Source of the DNA: a virus
Reading direction: 5' to 3' (one strand)
IMG/VR virus record: IMGVR_UViG_3300020048_000073
Location: 28,419 to 92,418 of that record
Length of the DNA: 64,000 nt
This document shows, in pieces, positions 13,801 to 22,519 of this stretch (position 1 is its first letter; each line of letters begins with the position of its first letter). The notes below the pieces were generated by a model. That model was not told the DNA's origin. It saw nothing but the letters and a program-made list of their open reading frames with translations, and made no database searches. Made by a program: the position numbers and the translations under genes.

Positions 13801-16800
13801 TTATGGAACAATAACCACTACTATTGCTAATCCTGTTCTGTCAGCTGGTGACACTATCAAGATTAACAACATATTAGTAGCAGTCCCTGTAGCTAATACT
13901 ACTGTGGCTGGATTAATTTCTGCTATTAATGCGTCAGGCATACCCAACGTTATTGCCACCCCAACCCCTGATGCTACATTTATTGGTAACAATTCAACAC
14001 AAATATTTGGAATTGGGCCAATTTACACGGCTGCGGCTTCCTACACAACTGTGGTTTATGTTAATAATGTGCTGTTAACAGAAAATATAGATTACACATA
14101 CAACGCTACGACCGAAGAAATTATCTTTGTTACACCACCAGCTAATAGAGCTGTAATTGTTGTGGTGTCCGGAAGAATGACACTCAGCGTTAAAAACGTT
14201 GAAGCATCCAAATTGTACAGCATGCTTAGTGTACTGCCTGGCGTGACCAGCACTGTGTTCAATGCTTTGGGAGTGACTCCATATGCGTGGACACAAACAA
14301 TTTATCCGCCTGAACCAACATACTTTGGCAAATTTGGATCATCGTTGGCATTATCTTTAGATGCTGAATTATTATTAGTGGGTTCACCAAACGGAAATAT
14401 TTATCAAGCAACAACATTTGACAACGGACAAACATTTTTTGATGATCGAGCCACTACGTTCTTTAATCCTATATTTAATTCCGGAGTTGTGTACAGTTAT
14501 GATTATCTATTAAGTGCCAGTGACACAGTCGAAACACCTGGCAAATTTATCTTTGGCCAACAAATTTACAATACGGTTGAACAGCCAAACGATCAATTTG
14601 GGTCTGCGTTAAGTTATGTTGATGGAAAACTATTAGTAGGCGCACCCAACGGCAACAACGGAGCCAACGGATATGTGGCTACCTTTAATAATCCTCGTGA
14701 TATTCCAGCATGGCAAGTTGTTTATGCTCAACAACCAGTGGTAGATACAAAATTAATTAACAATGCTTATTTGTTTAATAGACTATTGAGCCAAGAACAG
14801 GATTATTTAGATTTCTTTGATCCGCTTCAAGGTAAAATTTTATCTGTAGCACAAAGAAATATTGATTATGTGGGAGCAGTTGACCCAGCTACTTACAATG
14901 TTGGACCAGTACGTAATAACGGTACAATGTGGGCCAACGAACGAGTAGGAGAAATTTGGTGGGATACAGATTCAGTTAGATTTATCGACCCCAACCAGGA
15001 TAACATCATTTATCAAAGTAGACGTTGGGGCCAAGTGTTCCCTGGATCAAGAATAGACATTTACCAGTGGACGTCAAGCCCAGTGCCACCCTCAGAGTAC
15101 ACGGGTGAAGGTACACCCCTGTCTATCGAAAGCTACACGGTTAAAAGTTTTCTAACTGCTGATAATATTTTTGACACTGCATATTTCTTCTGGGTACGCG
15201 GTATCACCAGTGTAGCAACCGGCGCTGGCAAAAATTTAAGTACTACTGCCATTGCGTCTTACATTGAAAGTCCTCGTTCCAGCGGCATACCCTACCTAGC
15301 ATTTTTAAATGCCAGCACCGTGGCAATATACAACAGCGGATCTTTATTATCAGCGTTCGACACAATTCTTCATATTAACTATGACAGAAATTTCAACGAC
15401 GATAACATACATTTACAGTATGATTTAGTTCCTGAAGGCAAACCTGATGGATTTTTGACACCAAAACTTTATTTAAAACTAATTGATAGTTTTAGTGGTA
15501 TTGACAGTAACGGCAACAATGTTCCTGATCCTACATTAAGTCCAGCTGAACGCTATGGTGTACAGTTCCGCCCAAGACAAAGCATGTTTTCTAACAGATT
15601 TGCGGCGTTAGAAAATTATCTGGGTTATGTAAATAATGTTTTATTAAAATTCCCTATTCGTGAAACACGTAGTTTTAATTTGTTAAACAGTAGTCAACCT
15701 ATTCCTAGTGTTGCAAGCGGACAATGGAATCTACAAGTGCCGACTATCGAAGTCCTGTCGTATCAGGACATTTATGCCGTACCTTTGGGTTACAAATATT
15801 TGGTAACATCAGATTCAACCTTTCAAGGCAAGTGGACAATTTATGAAGTCAAATTAATAAGCAGTACCAGCGCAATTCGAGAACTGTCACTGACAACAAT
15901 AGAAAATTTTAACACAAAATTGTTTTGGAGTTACGTCGATTGGTATGAACCCGGATACAATTCTTCAGTGCAAATTGTGATAGAAGTGCCTAACAAAACA
16001 GCATTAGATGGCCTGACACTAAGTCAGTACCCAATAGGAACCAGTGCCAAAATAACCGCTAACGGCCAAGGATTGTTTGAAATTTATTTAAGAACTGATC
16101 TAGGCTGGAGACGGGTAGGTTTAGAGAGCGGGACCATTCAATTTTCTGAAACATTATGGAATTATGCCCTTGGCAAATTTGGCTATGATGCCGACGTATT
16201 TGATAATCAAGGGTTTGATCAGGAACCTGTAATTGAAACTAGAAGAATTATTGAAGCTATTAATCAAGAATTGTTAATAGATGAATTATTAATAGATCGC
16301 AACTCAGCTCTGGTGCTTATGTTTAGTTTTGTCTACAGTGAATTTGTAGCTCCAGACTGGTTGTTTAAAACTAGTTTAATTGATGTAAATCATAAAATAA
16401 GCACGCTAGACCAGACTCAAATTTATCAACAAAATAATCAAGAATTTGTATTGGATTACATACAAGAAGTCAAACCATATCACGTGCAGATTCGTGAATT
16501 TAACCTCGGTTATTCTACTACAGACTTGAATGCTTTGAGTGTAACAGATTTTGATGTGCCGGCCTATTATGACAACTCACTTGATGTGCCTCAGTATGTC
16601 AGTCCGGTGCTGTTGCCATACGAGCATGCCAACACCACAGTAAGATCAACGGTCAGTGATCGTGATTTTAACGCACAGATATGGAAAGAAGAACCTTGGA
16701 ATCAATGGTTTAATAATTTTGGTTTAGAAATAGACAGCATTACTATCGTCAACGGCGGCGCCGGCTACACAGAAATACCAGACATTGTTGTAGCAACGTC

Positions 16801-19800
16801 AAGCGGAGTATTGGAAGATGCTATTATTGTGCCTACCCTCAATAATTTGGGTACAATTACCAGCGTGGCCATTATTAATCCAGGTCAATATTATGGCGAA
16901 ATTTCTTTGATTGTATCTGGGGCCAATGCGGTGCCTGCCAATTTACAACCCACATTGAGTCCTGGTCCAGTACGTGATTTCATTATCAATATCAAATACG
17001 ACCGATATCAGTATGAGTCTAATATTGTGTCTTGGACTGCCAACGTTACATATCCATTCGGCACACAAGTTCGATTTGCCAACACAGTATTTTCAGCAAA
17101 CGTAGAGCCCAGTGTGACCAGCAGTGATTTTAACCCGTTCCAGTGGACATTAGTTCAAGCCAACGCACTAAGCGGTGTTGATAGAACCATGGGTTATTAT
17201 GTGGCTGGAAACAACATGCCAGGCCTAAGCCTGCCGTTATTGATTACCGGAGTTGAATACCCTGGCGTGCAAGTTTACGGTGATGGCTATGTCTACGGCA
17301 ACGTGACATTGGACGCAATTTATGAAAGCAACTATTTAGATACATATCTGGGCACACGCCCATTTGATGTTAATGTAAATGGTGGTGCCTACATTGGCAC
17401 CTACAGCAGCCATGCTCCTGAGGAACTTGTTCCAGGTGCAGAATTTGACACAATGGATTTGAAAGTGTACACGTCAGGTGGATTTGATCAAGAAAACGAC
17501 GGACATGGATTTCCATTGTTTAGTAAATCCTACACAGTTGAAGATTGGACGGTCAACACCCTTGATTTTGCTGGCTTGGTTGCGAATCCCACAACAATAG
17601 TAGTTACTAATCAGTCTGCTGGAGTAGTTTATGTTGAAAATATTCAATATGCTGTAAATTGGGCAACACAAACTGTGTCTTTACTAACTCCAGTAAGTTC
17701 CGGTACGGTCATTAACATTACTGTCTATGAGTTGGGTGGCGGGAACCAGTTATTTGTTACAACTGCTACCACCGGCAACGTAGACACCGTTACAATTAAG
17801 TTACCTATATCTAATTCGATAGTGACAGAATATGTGCCGTTTGTCAATGGACAATATTCCAATAGTTTTGTTGTGTCAAACACAACGTCACAAACTACTG
17901 ATCTTACATTTACGTTTGGCAATACTGCTAATAGGTTAATTACCACAGTTGCACTGGGTGCTGGCAATGCCGTGCCTAACTACAGTTGGTCTAATCCAGT
18001 ACCGCAAATTATTACTGTAACGGACCCATCTGTATCATCTTACACATTAACCAATAACATAGATTATTTAAATCCTGTTACTTGTGTCGTTAATCGTAAC
18101 GGCGAAAGATTGCGCACAGCTGCAGGTGTAGAATATGCCAATATTCAAAGTTCAACTCAATTAGTTTATGCTTTGCCACGTAGATTAAGTGACGAACCCA
18201 GTGATTTTGCGGTTAGTGCGTACACAGTAACAGGTACAGGTCCTTTCCTAGTTGAATTTAATGTAGGTTTAGTACAAGATATTTCTTCAGCTGGATCTGA
18301 GGTAGACGTAAGAAGCGACAGCAATCCGTTATTAGAAACAGGCACTACTCCGTTACCTGTAGTATCAAACACTTCAACTACAATTACAGTAGAGTATCCT
18401 ATTGATCCAGGCAACACCACTGTGGGCAACACCACTGTCACTACTGTGTCTTACAGCAACACTACGCAAGTTTACATTGACAACATTTTACAATCTGCTA
18501 ATAGTGGAAATTACCAATATTCTACACCTTACTATTCGCCCACAGGTAAAACGCCTATTACAACACAAGGTAATATCACTGTAAACGGCGCCAATGTAAC
18601 TTTTGATCTGTCTGCACCTGTAAGTTATCCTGCGTTGGTGCCTAGTGCTTGGGAAGTGTTTGATTTAGAGGGTAATAATTCCAGTTTAAACGGCACATAC
18701 CTTTGTGTGGCAGCAAACGCCACGTCTATTACATTAGAATATCCTTCAGCACCAGGTAACATTGTAGACCCAGGCAACACTATTTTGTCCAGCACGCGAG
18801 TAATACAATTTGCCAATACTACACCAGACTTAGGCAGTGATTTGTATGTAGCGACTAATCTAAATGTTGATGCTTTTGTGGCCAATGGAAATATTGTAAT
18901 TAATACTGCGCAAATAGGAAATTTAGTCACTGGTGATGTGCTTGAGGTTATCACTTGGAACGATACTCGAGAACAAAATTTGTTGAATCAAGTTTGGGTT
19001 GGGCCCACTCAATCTGTATTCACAGTGTCACAGGGATACGATACGACACCTTACGACACCGGCACTGTAGATTTTGCACCAGGCTCGTTTGATTATGGAT
19101 TTACTTTAGATGTTCCTAGAAATAATTTCATATTACAGCGCCCTGCCCCTAATTTAAGCAGATTGTGGGTGACATTAAATGGGGAACGATTATTCCCCGG
19201 AACCGGATTTACTGTTCGGGGAACCGAGCTTGTGTTGGCAGTAGGCACCGTTAATTCAGGTGACGTGGTAATGGCACTGGAAGTTTCTAATGATGTAGTA
19301 ATTACCCCATATGTCTATAGAATATTCCAAGACATGAGAGGTCTACAATTAAATTACAAAATTACTACACAAACAACCACTGAGTTGACTGAGCCTTTAT
19401 TGGCACCAGATGATCAAAACTACAACGATACAATTTATGTTGCTGATATTGATGCGTTGTCTGAACCTGATTTAGATAATAATACTTGGGGAGTATTGAG
19501 TATTAACGGTGAGCGAATTATGTATCGTGTGCGTGATGTATCAACAAGTTCAGTAAGCAGTTTGCTTCGTGGCACTTCAGGAACTGCCGCCGCTGCTCAT
19601 GAAGTAGACGCAGTGGTTACTAATTTTGGATTGATTAACCTATTACCGGCACAATATCAAAATTATGTAAATGTGTATTCTGAAATAGCCAACGGAACTG
19701 ACACCGTCTTTACTGCTCCAGATATTACGGCACCGTTTGGATCAGCCCCTACTGTTAGTTCAGTGGCTGCTACGGTGTTTGAGTTGTCACAGGCAGTTCA

Positions 19801-20161
19801 AGTAACAGTGGGTGGCGCGACCCCTGCTCAACGGTTTAATGGTGACGGATCAGCAAATCAGTTTACTCTTGACATTACAGTGCCTAACAATGAAGCTATT
19901 TTGGCATTTAATAACGGGGTAATTTTGCCCTATAATGCTTACACTGCCAACGGAACATTATTAGTAATAAATGATACCCCCCAAGAAGGTGATGTAATAG
20001 AAGTTAGATATTACAAAATTGTAACGCCAACTATTCCACCCGCACCTGTTCCAGCGGTGTTTGCAGTAGAAATAGAATTTGTGGTACCTCCGCCCGAGGG
20101 ACTTGAAGTTACTTCATCTATTAAACAAGCAAAAACAATAGATTTTGGCGAACTAGCGTAA
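4892..20161 (+). CDS. Giant (5089 aa) baseplate/tail structural protein with beta-rich and FG-GAP-like repeats
   Basis: 15.3 kb ORF translationally coupled to the gp6-like gene. Repeated FG.S/A....IGAP motifs and T/V/N-rich beta modules. Confidence 0.75.
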   Translation: MVNRVRSVDFLPPIFQTPTNRQFLGATFDQLVQEPGFKKTEGFIGRQVGPGVNPRDSYILETTKTRADYQLEPGVVSLKPTDTTKITNTITYPGINDALNLQGAYVDDPDRLYSSEYYAFDPFVDLDKFINYSQYFWIPVGPQAVAVNARQYNFTEDFTVTRNPDTNAYTFSDTTGAIFGNNPTITLLRTGNYNFTVEQNLTQTETVPVNVVGSNGYTINNAVNPTVQLVRGNTYVFDFTYGFGVNSFYIKTVISAGTIDLWTDGITNNGGTGPTGQLIFKVPQDAPNTLFYCDLLASSNFQGQFDIIDAVSGTGPLFSIQTQPGVEGEISWSPNISSRVPTIGGVTNNTTDLGVINFIPPTTIAQNYFYNLTNIGGCDLISNNVPLAYFQGSPTVANFISTYGNIDGINNLDGRTIFFPSENDNTIYLITYVAGNITITVSTVVSNDTKFTILFGAQYINTTWYRGTTGNVIQMPLLTALDSELYYQDSEDPLMFGKINLIDATSTAILDINEILGSKQYTSPNGVAFTSGLIVFFDGLTTPASYQNSYFVVEGVGESITLTPLANLVVPETYANNLSIPYDSTNYDMYPYDGDLNAPIDLDYIVMNRASPDNNAWSRCNRWFHVDTITAAAQYNNQVPDFSNFERARRPILEYRSGIKLFDSGTLGASPITVIDLTTTNALLTVNGQPEFVIDQFSLLEGSTVIFAADTDPRVRNKIWQVSFVTPDSTPATNAGDFVVGRTYRIVTLGNTNFTAVGATSNTVGTEFTATGVGTGTGTAEFIQPVINLTAIYTMLINDMVVTLTGATTKGTSWYWDGIEYLRAQQKTSINQAPFFDVFDVDNVSFGDQIKYPSTSFRGNKLFSYAVGTGQDDPVLGFPLRYRTISNIFDIIFDNNLYTDTFTFTKDRVGSTLNVSTGFVHEYTNRTDYARLLGWQTAITRSLVRQQFRFTYDGTPLQFDIFISPNFRVPSIQLYRNSKFLDPSNYTVSQNDKGSIITIDSGVAEIDDIIEAAVLSSQISTQGFYQVPINLSNNPLNANSAEFTLGTVRTHYQTICENLIDLQGPVDGANNTRDLGNILPYGLTILQQSSPVTLAGYFMREEQYDIFNALDYNGREYIKFKDKLLDNVVTNDYTNLTIPEVVDAAIADINRGKTDTYPFYWSDMLPASGSYTTTTIEVTPITGDTFTTVQTYNFSSANFLGLLVYLNGEQLNIGQQYTVATDGPRLTILVPLTVGDILTINEYNNTAGNFVPNTPSKMGLYPAYAPELYYDTTYAEPTFVVLGHDGSKTIAFPDYRTQVLLEFEKRIYNNIKMQGNPVPLFTESVVPGFFSPISYVDSVGVLPPGLVNVLPGYFRGIDYSSPEVTAILSKSFLSWVGWNKLDYKTQDYIAQNAFSWNYSQSGNKITNEPLQGAWRGIYRYFYDTDTPNLTPWEMLGFTVEPSWWSLRYGPAPYTAGNLVLWDDLENGIVADPAGPYILPEYVRPGLDKVIPVDEQGELLSPFESVVGNYDENSFRRSWQVGDGGPVEASWIYSSSYPFAYMRLLILSRPAEFFALFADRDLYKYSQEFGQYLYNGRYRLDANGVEVYGNGVSKASYINWIVDYNKQIGLNSTKDLTEALQNLDVRLCYRLGGYSSKDYLSFFCERSSPNSSNTSLLIPDVSYNLSLYKNVPFSNIEYSACIVEVVEGGYQIFGYSNSLPYFTIQVSNPNGFQQTIEAGGKVVQVPATYTQQVAQIPYGTTFTNDAAVVDFLLGYGKYLEDNGIIYETQENGYTMNWRQMAAEFVYFAQQGWSPGTMINLNPSAITLAAVKAGAVVDTIDSISPENMVLDQNRAVLPTKDLIIERYGNEFTINSPTNQTISYANLKFTSYEQIVVFDNADTFGDLIYDPVTGARQNRLKVVGSITSEWDGTFDTRGFILNENNIQEWQPNRKYTKGEIVLYKNTYWSAQTIVQPKELFDFNDWVKSDYTRIQQGLLPNIATKADELTDVYDVRTVNLQSDANLFAYGLIGFRPREYMAALNLDDSTQVQVYQQFLKSKGTRLSTDIFTRAQFGRLSGEYTIYENWATLAGVYGAQANKSFIELRLNEALLRSDPSTIQILQPPNSGIANQTIFLQDVWRESYKLTSPNVFKTFYPQVNDSTLPTAGYVNFDDADITVFNINDPKSIEANIEIVGTGTTIWIAKTNSYDWGIFRCEVEGARITQISDNLNRTSLATFDQPHDLAVGDLIIIRYFNEAVNGVYRVLSVPAINSITIAYTFTPSDQTTIFGTGLVFYLQSMRVSQASNIADLPYADSFLPGAKVYVDNDGFGHWVVLEKTDSFSTSEVIYSTGIDPSFNVRYGASVSQSYDQVSALVGVPGLDTDQGIVVAYRRNNNNNYVFTAPLKLDTIGTRGFGQSSCYGDSNWSVIGAPRSLNNLGYAAILFQSTGIGDYRFTQLLLPPDYLINPVQSFGEYVWMTDDDRWCYVGAPAANKVYAYGLQNVQVQTVSYTGDGTTDTFKYSDNIIIDNTKPTQLFVNVNGAEQIAGVDYTIVSVGSGFGVEFVTVPPDNAIIGISRREYRLYGSESYNNVPSTAVTGSGTGATFIITNLRGQYSVSIDNIGTNYAIGDTLTILGTAVGGTTPANNITVTVTAVSFTGITEFTFAGTGNFNTIVNVGDYFYTATSIETFNLKINNVLQRPEIDYTYNVGTGLIVFAVIPAIGAEIVVNAGSYWKYAGEITPAGIPVDAEFGASVSATSTGDQVGIGAPRDDGAQLNSGAVYVYGKSSYTYIVSDPTQLAYAIPGNVINGPVAVTLNNNYLQNSYQSINGQFTVPVGNTQIELTTTAYGNANIVSATGTSVTYSFNGPASPSFIAGQTVTVTDISPVNYNGTFVISSVSGNTITVSSTVMAGNVITLGNIVQYQAQVGDEITIENNQFQLIQRILSHSAIDEEDFGRAVEICSNDCSIVIGAPNDSTQLTQSGSVDRNVSQPAIYGTITTTIANPVLSAGDTIKINNILVAVPVANTTVAGLISAINASGIPNVIATPTPDATFIGNNSTQIFGIGPIYTAAASYTTVVYVNNVLLTENIDYTYNATTEEIIFVTPPANRAVIVVVSGRMTLSVKNVEASKLYSMLSVLPGVTSTVFNALGVTPYAWTQTIYPPEPTYFGKFGSSLALSLDAELLLVGSPNGNIYQATTFDNGQTFFDDRATTFFNPIFNSGVVYSYDYLLSASDTVETPGKFIFGQQIYNTVEQPNDQFGSALSYVDGKLLVGAPNGNNGANGYVATFNNPRDIPAWQVVYAQQPVVDTKLINNAYLFNRLLSQEQDYLDFFDPLQGKILSVAQRNIDYVGAVDPATYNVGPVRNNGTMWANERVGEIWWDTDSVRFIDPNQDNIIYQSRRWGQVFPGSRIDIYQWTSSPVPPSEYTGEGTPLSIESYTVKSFLTADNIFDTAYFFWVRGITSVATGAGKNLSTTAIASYIESPRSSGIPYLAFLNASTVAIYNSGSLLSAFDTILHINYDRNFNDDNIHLQYDLVPEGKPDGFLTPKLYLKLIDSFSGIDSNGNNVPDPTLSPAERYGVQFRPRQSMFSNRFAALENYLGYVNNVLLKFPIRETRSFNLLNSSQPIPSVASGQWNLQVPTIEVLSYQDIYAVPLGYKYLVTSDSTFQGKWTIYEVKLISSTSAIRELSLTTIENFNTKLFWSYVDWYEPGYNSSVQIVIEVPNKTALDGLTLSQYPIGTSAKITANGQGLFEIYLRTDLGWRRVGLESGTIQFSETLWNYALGKFGYDADVFDNQGFDQEPVIETRRIIEAINQELLIDELLIDRNSALVLMFSFVYSEFVAPDWLFKTSLIDVNHKISTLDQTQIYQQNNQEFVLDYIQEVKPYHVQIREFNLGYSTTDLNALSVTDFDVPAYYDNSLDVPQYVSPVLLPYEHANTTVRSTVSDRDFNAQIWKEEPWNQWFNNFGLEIDSITIVNGGAGYTEIPDIVVATSSGVLEDAIIVPTLNNLGTITSVAIINPGQYYGEISLIVSGANAVPANLQPTLSPGPVRDFIINIKYDRYQYESNIVSWTANVTYPFGTQVRFANTVFSANVEPSVTSSDFNPFQWTLVQANALSGVDRTMGYYVAGNNMPGLSLPLLITGVEYPGVQVYGDGYVYGNVTLDAIYESNYLDTYLGTRPFDVNVNGGAYIGTYSSHAPEELVPGAEFDTMDLKVYTSGGFDQENDGHGFPLFSKSYTVEDWTVNTLDFAGLVANPTTIVVTNQSAGVVYVENIQYAVNWATQTVSLLTPVSSGTVINITVYELGGGNQLFVTTATTGNVDTVTIKLPISNSIVTEYVPFVNGQYSNSFVVSNTTSQTTDLTFTFGNTANRLITTVALGAGNAVPNYSWSNPVPQIITVTDPSVSSYTLTNNIDYLNPVTCVVNRNGERLRTAAGVEYANIQSSTQLVYALPRRLSDEPSDFAVSAYTVTGTGPFLVEFNVGLVQDISSAGSEVDVRSDSNPLLETGTTPLPVVSNTSTTITVEYPIDPGNTTVGNTTVTTVSYSNTTQVYIDNILQSANSGNYQYSTPYYSPTGKTPITTQGNITVNGANVTFDLSAPVSYPALVPSAWEVFDLEGNNSSLNGTYLCVAANATSITLEYPSAPGNIVDPGNTILSSTRVIQFANTTPDLGSDLYVATNLNVDAFVANGNIVINTAQIGNLVTGDVLEVITWNDTREQNLLNQVWVGPTQSVFTVSQGYDTTPYDTGTVDFAPGSFDYGFTLDVPRNNFILQRPAPNLSRLWVTLNGERLFPGTGFTVRGTELVLAVGTVNSGDVVMALEVSNDVVITPYVYRIFQDMRGLQLNYKITTQTTTELTEPLLAPDDQNYNDTIYVADIDALSEPDLDNNTWGVLSINGERIMYRVRDVSTSSVSSLLRGTSGTAAAAHEVDAVVTNFGLINLLPAQYQNYVNVYSEIANGTDTVFTAPDITAPFGSAPTVSSVAATVFELSQAVQVTVGGATPAQRFNGDGSANQFTLDITVPNNEAILAFNNGVILPYNAYTANGTLLVINDTPQEGDVIEVRYYKIVTPTIPPAPVPAVFAVEIEFVVPPPEGLEVTSSIKQAKTIDFGELA

Positions 20162-20202
20162 CAGAAGGTTTTTGAGGATAATTTTTTAGGTAAATAAGTA
20201 AT

Positions 20203-20361
20203 ATGCAAAACACCAGTAAACACAATTTAGAACAGGAATTTCCGCCCAGTAGCCCCAAAAGGCCAAATGAAAAGGGCGGCATTGCTGTTACAGAATCGTT
20301 ACTTATTTTTGACCCTAAAACAGCAGAAAAATTAGTAGAAAAGGATAGAAATGCTCATTAA
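20203..20361 (+). CDS. Small 52-aa protein (not in ORF track)
   Basis: MQNTSKH...LLIFDPKTAEKLVEKDRNAH*. Preceded by TAAATA. Resembles the N-terminus of the next gene (IKIHNPSTGEIFVDKDN). Confidence 0.6.
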   Translation: MQNTSKHNLEQEFPPSSPKRPNEKGGIAVTESLLIFDPKTAEKLVEKDRNAH

Positions 20362-20965
20362 CACGTTAGGCCCCATTGTCAAAGGGCACATTAAAATACA
20401 CAACCCTTCAACCGGTGAAATATTTGTGGACAAAGACAACGCTATTAATTATGAAAATATGAGTATTTCCATGGCACAAACATTATCTAATGGGCAACAG
20501 GGCTGGATTTATGCCATGGCATTTGGTAATGGTGGTGCCAGCGTTGACGCCACAGGTGTCATCACTTATTTGCCCCCTAACACTACCGGGCAAAATGCTG
20601 ATTTGTACAATCAAACCTATTACAAAGTTGTAGATCAATACGCTACTGCTAATCAAGATCCTGCGGTAAACAAAATGACAGTGTTGCACACCGCCGGTAC
20701 TGTTTACAGTGATATTTTAGTGACATGCTTGCTAGACTATGGCGAGCCACCTGGGCAACAAGCATTTGATAATAGTACTAATTTTAATGGTGAGTTTGTG
20801 TTTGATGAATTAGGTTTAAAAGCCTACAATCCAAGCACTCCAAATAATCTAGGTAGATTATTGACTCACGTGATTTTTCACCCGGTAGAAAAAAGTTTAA
20901 ATCGTCAGATACAAATAGATTACACACTTCGTATTCAGACGTTGACGAATTTGAGTGCGACATAA
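20351..20965 (+). CDS. Virion structural protein (tail/baseplate-associated)
   Basis: 204 aa within the structural operon. MAFGNGG and FDELGL motifs. Confidence 0.6.
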   Translation: MLINTLGPIVKGHIKIHNPSTGEIFVDKDNAINYENMSISMAQTLSNGQQGWIYAMAFGNGGASVDATGVITYLPPNTTGQNADLYNQTYYKVVDQYATANQDPAVNKMTVLHTAGTVYSDILVTCLLDYGEPPGQQAFDNSTNFNGEFVFDELGLKAYNPSTPNNLGRLLTHVIFHPVEKSLNRQIQIDYTLRIQTLTNLSAT

Positions 20966-20970
20966 ATGTG

Positions 20971-20994
20971 CGTACATTAAATATTTAATAAATA
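20971..20994 (+). promoter_or_regulatory. Putative late promoter CGTACATTAAA-N6-ATAAATA
   Basis: Same motif and spacing as 1445-1468. Followed by a GGAG RBS and the ATG at 21015. Confidence 0.55.
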
Positions 20995-21014
20995 ATAAAA
21001 TACGGAGTTTGTAA

Positions 21015-22505
21015 ATGGCATACACAATTAATCAATTCAACGGCAACGTTTTAACAACATTGACCGACGGGACTATTAATCAGTCCTTCACAGTGACCTT
21101 AGTAGGTAAAAACTACTCGGGATATGGCGCTTTCTTAGATGAAAACTTCATATGGTTAATGGAAAATTTTGCTGATGTCACTGCTCCCGCTAATCCATTG
21201 GTTGGTCAGTTGTGGTATGACTCAGGTGAAAAAACATTAAAAGTTTACGACGGCACTAATTGGAAAAACATTAGTAGTTCTGCCCCAGGACCAAACCCTC
21301 CTCCGAATCCCATTGTTGGTGACTTATGGTTTAATACAACGTTGCAACAATTATTTGCTTGGAACGGCGCAGCATGGTTATTGATTGGGCCACCCAACAG
21401 TTCGGGCGAAGGCCGTACTGGTGCGTTCCCAGCTACTATTCGTGACACTGCCAGCAATGACCACATTGTACTAGAATTAATAGTTGGCGCCAATGTGGGC
21501 AACGGGTCGCCTAACTCACAGTCTGTAGCAATAGTAAGTAGAGATGCTACATTTACTCCTAATAATGTCGTACCTGGTTACTCAACAATTAATCCAGGTA
21601 TTAATCTGCCAAGCACAGTGTTGCCTTTTGTGGGCTCCAACTTGGCAGTACAAAGTCCTACTTTCTTTGGTAATGCGTTGCAGGCACTATCGTTAGGTGT
21701 GACCAGCGGTAATACAACGGTATTTGTCAACGGCAACGCATTTATGCGTGCTGATTCTAATACATCAACTACTGGAACTGTAAGTATTCTAAACAATTCT
21801 GGCTTAAACATTGGTGCCAATGGGCAATTAAATATTTCTGCTGAAACATCTTTACCAGGAAATATTATTTTCTCAGCAGAAACAGCCAATACTGGAATGA
21901 TATTCAGTGTGTCCCCTAGTGGCGCACCTTTTTCAGCTATTGTAATTGACGCCAACGGCAACGTTAACATTCCCAATTTGTCCTCAGGTGGCAACGTTGG
22001 ACTTGGAAACATCACTGTCAATAATATTTTCAACGGCAATCCGCCCTCAGGTGCTGGTAACATTGGTTCTTCGGCAAATCCTTTCAACACTATTTTTGCC
22101 AAAGCAACATCAGCTCAATATGCTGACGTAGCAGAACGCTTTGCGGCAGATGATCATTATCCATGCGGTACAGTTGTTGAATTGGGTGGCGAACACGAGA
22201 TTACATTGGCAAAAACAGAACTAAGCGACATGGTATTTGGTGTTATCAGTACTGCGCCAGCTTACTTGTTAAACTCAACCGCTGGTACTGATATAACTCA
22301 CCCAGCAGTGGCTATGACAGGTCGTGTTCCAGTTCGTGTAATTGGATCAGTTAAAAAAGGAGACCGACTGGTATCAGCTGGTAACGGAATTGCTAGAGCT
22401 GCCAAACAAGGCGAAGCCACTCCGTTTAACACAATAGGACGTGCGTTGGTAGACAAACTTGATTCAGCTGAAGGTGAAGTTGAAGCTATTGTGGCAACAA
22501 AATAA
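21015..22505 (+). CDS. Tail fibre-like protein with C-terminal intramolecular chaperone/peptidase domain
   Basis: N-terminal LVGKNY.GYG and repeated P..G.LW.D motifs. C-terminal QYADVAERF...GTVV...GVIST...VAMTGRVPVRV. Confidence 0.7.
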   Translation: MAYTINQFNGNVLTTLTDGTINQSFTVTLVGKNYSGYGAFLDENFIWLMENFADVTAPANPLVGQLWYDSGEKTLKVYDGTNWKNISSSAPGPNPPPNPIVGDLWFNTTLQQLFAWNGAAWLLIGPPNSSGEGRTGAFPATIRDTASNDHIVLELIVGANVGNGSPNSQSVAIVSRDATFTPNNVVPGYSTINPGINLPSTVLPFVGSNLAVQSPTFFGNALQALSLGVTSGNTTVFVNGNAFMRADSNTSTTGTVSILNNSGLNIGANGQLNISAETSLPGNIIFSAETANTGMIFSVSPSGAPFSAIVIDANGNVNIPNLSSGGNVGLGNITVNNIFNGNPPSGAGNIGSSANPFNTIFAKATSAQYADVAERFAADDHYPCGTVVELGGEHEITLAKTELSDMVFGVISTAPAYLLNSTAGTDITHPAVAMTGRVPVRVIGSVKKGDRLVSAGNGIARAAKQGEATPFNTIGRALVDKLDSAEGEVEAIVATK

Positions 22506-22519
22506 TTGAGTAAAAATAA

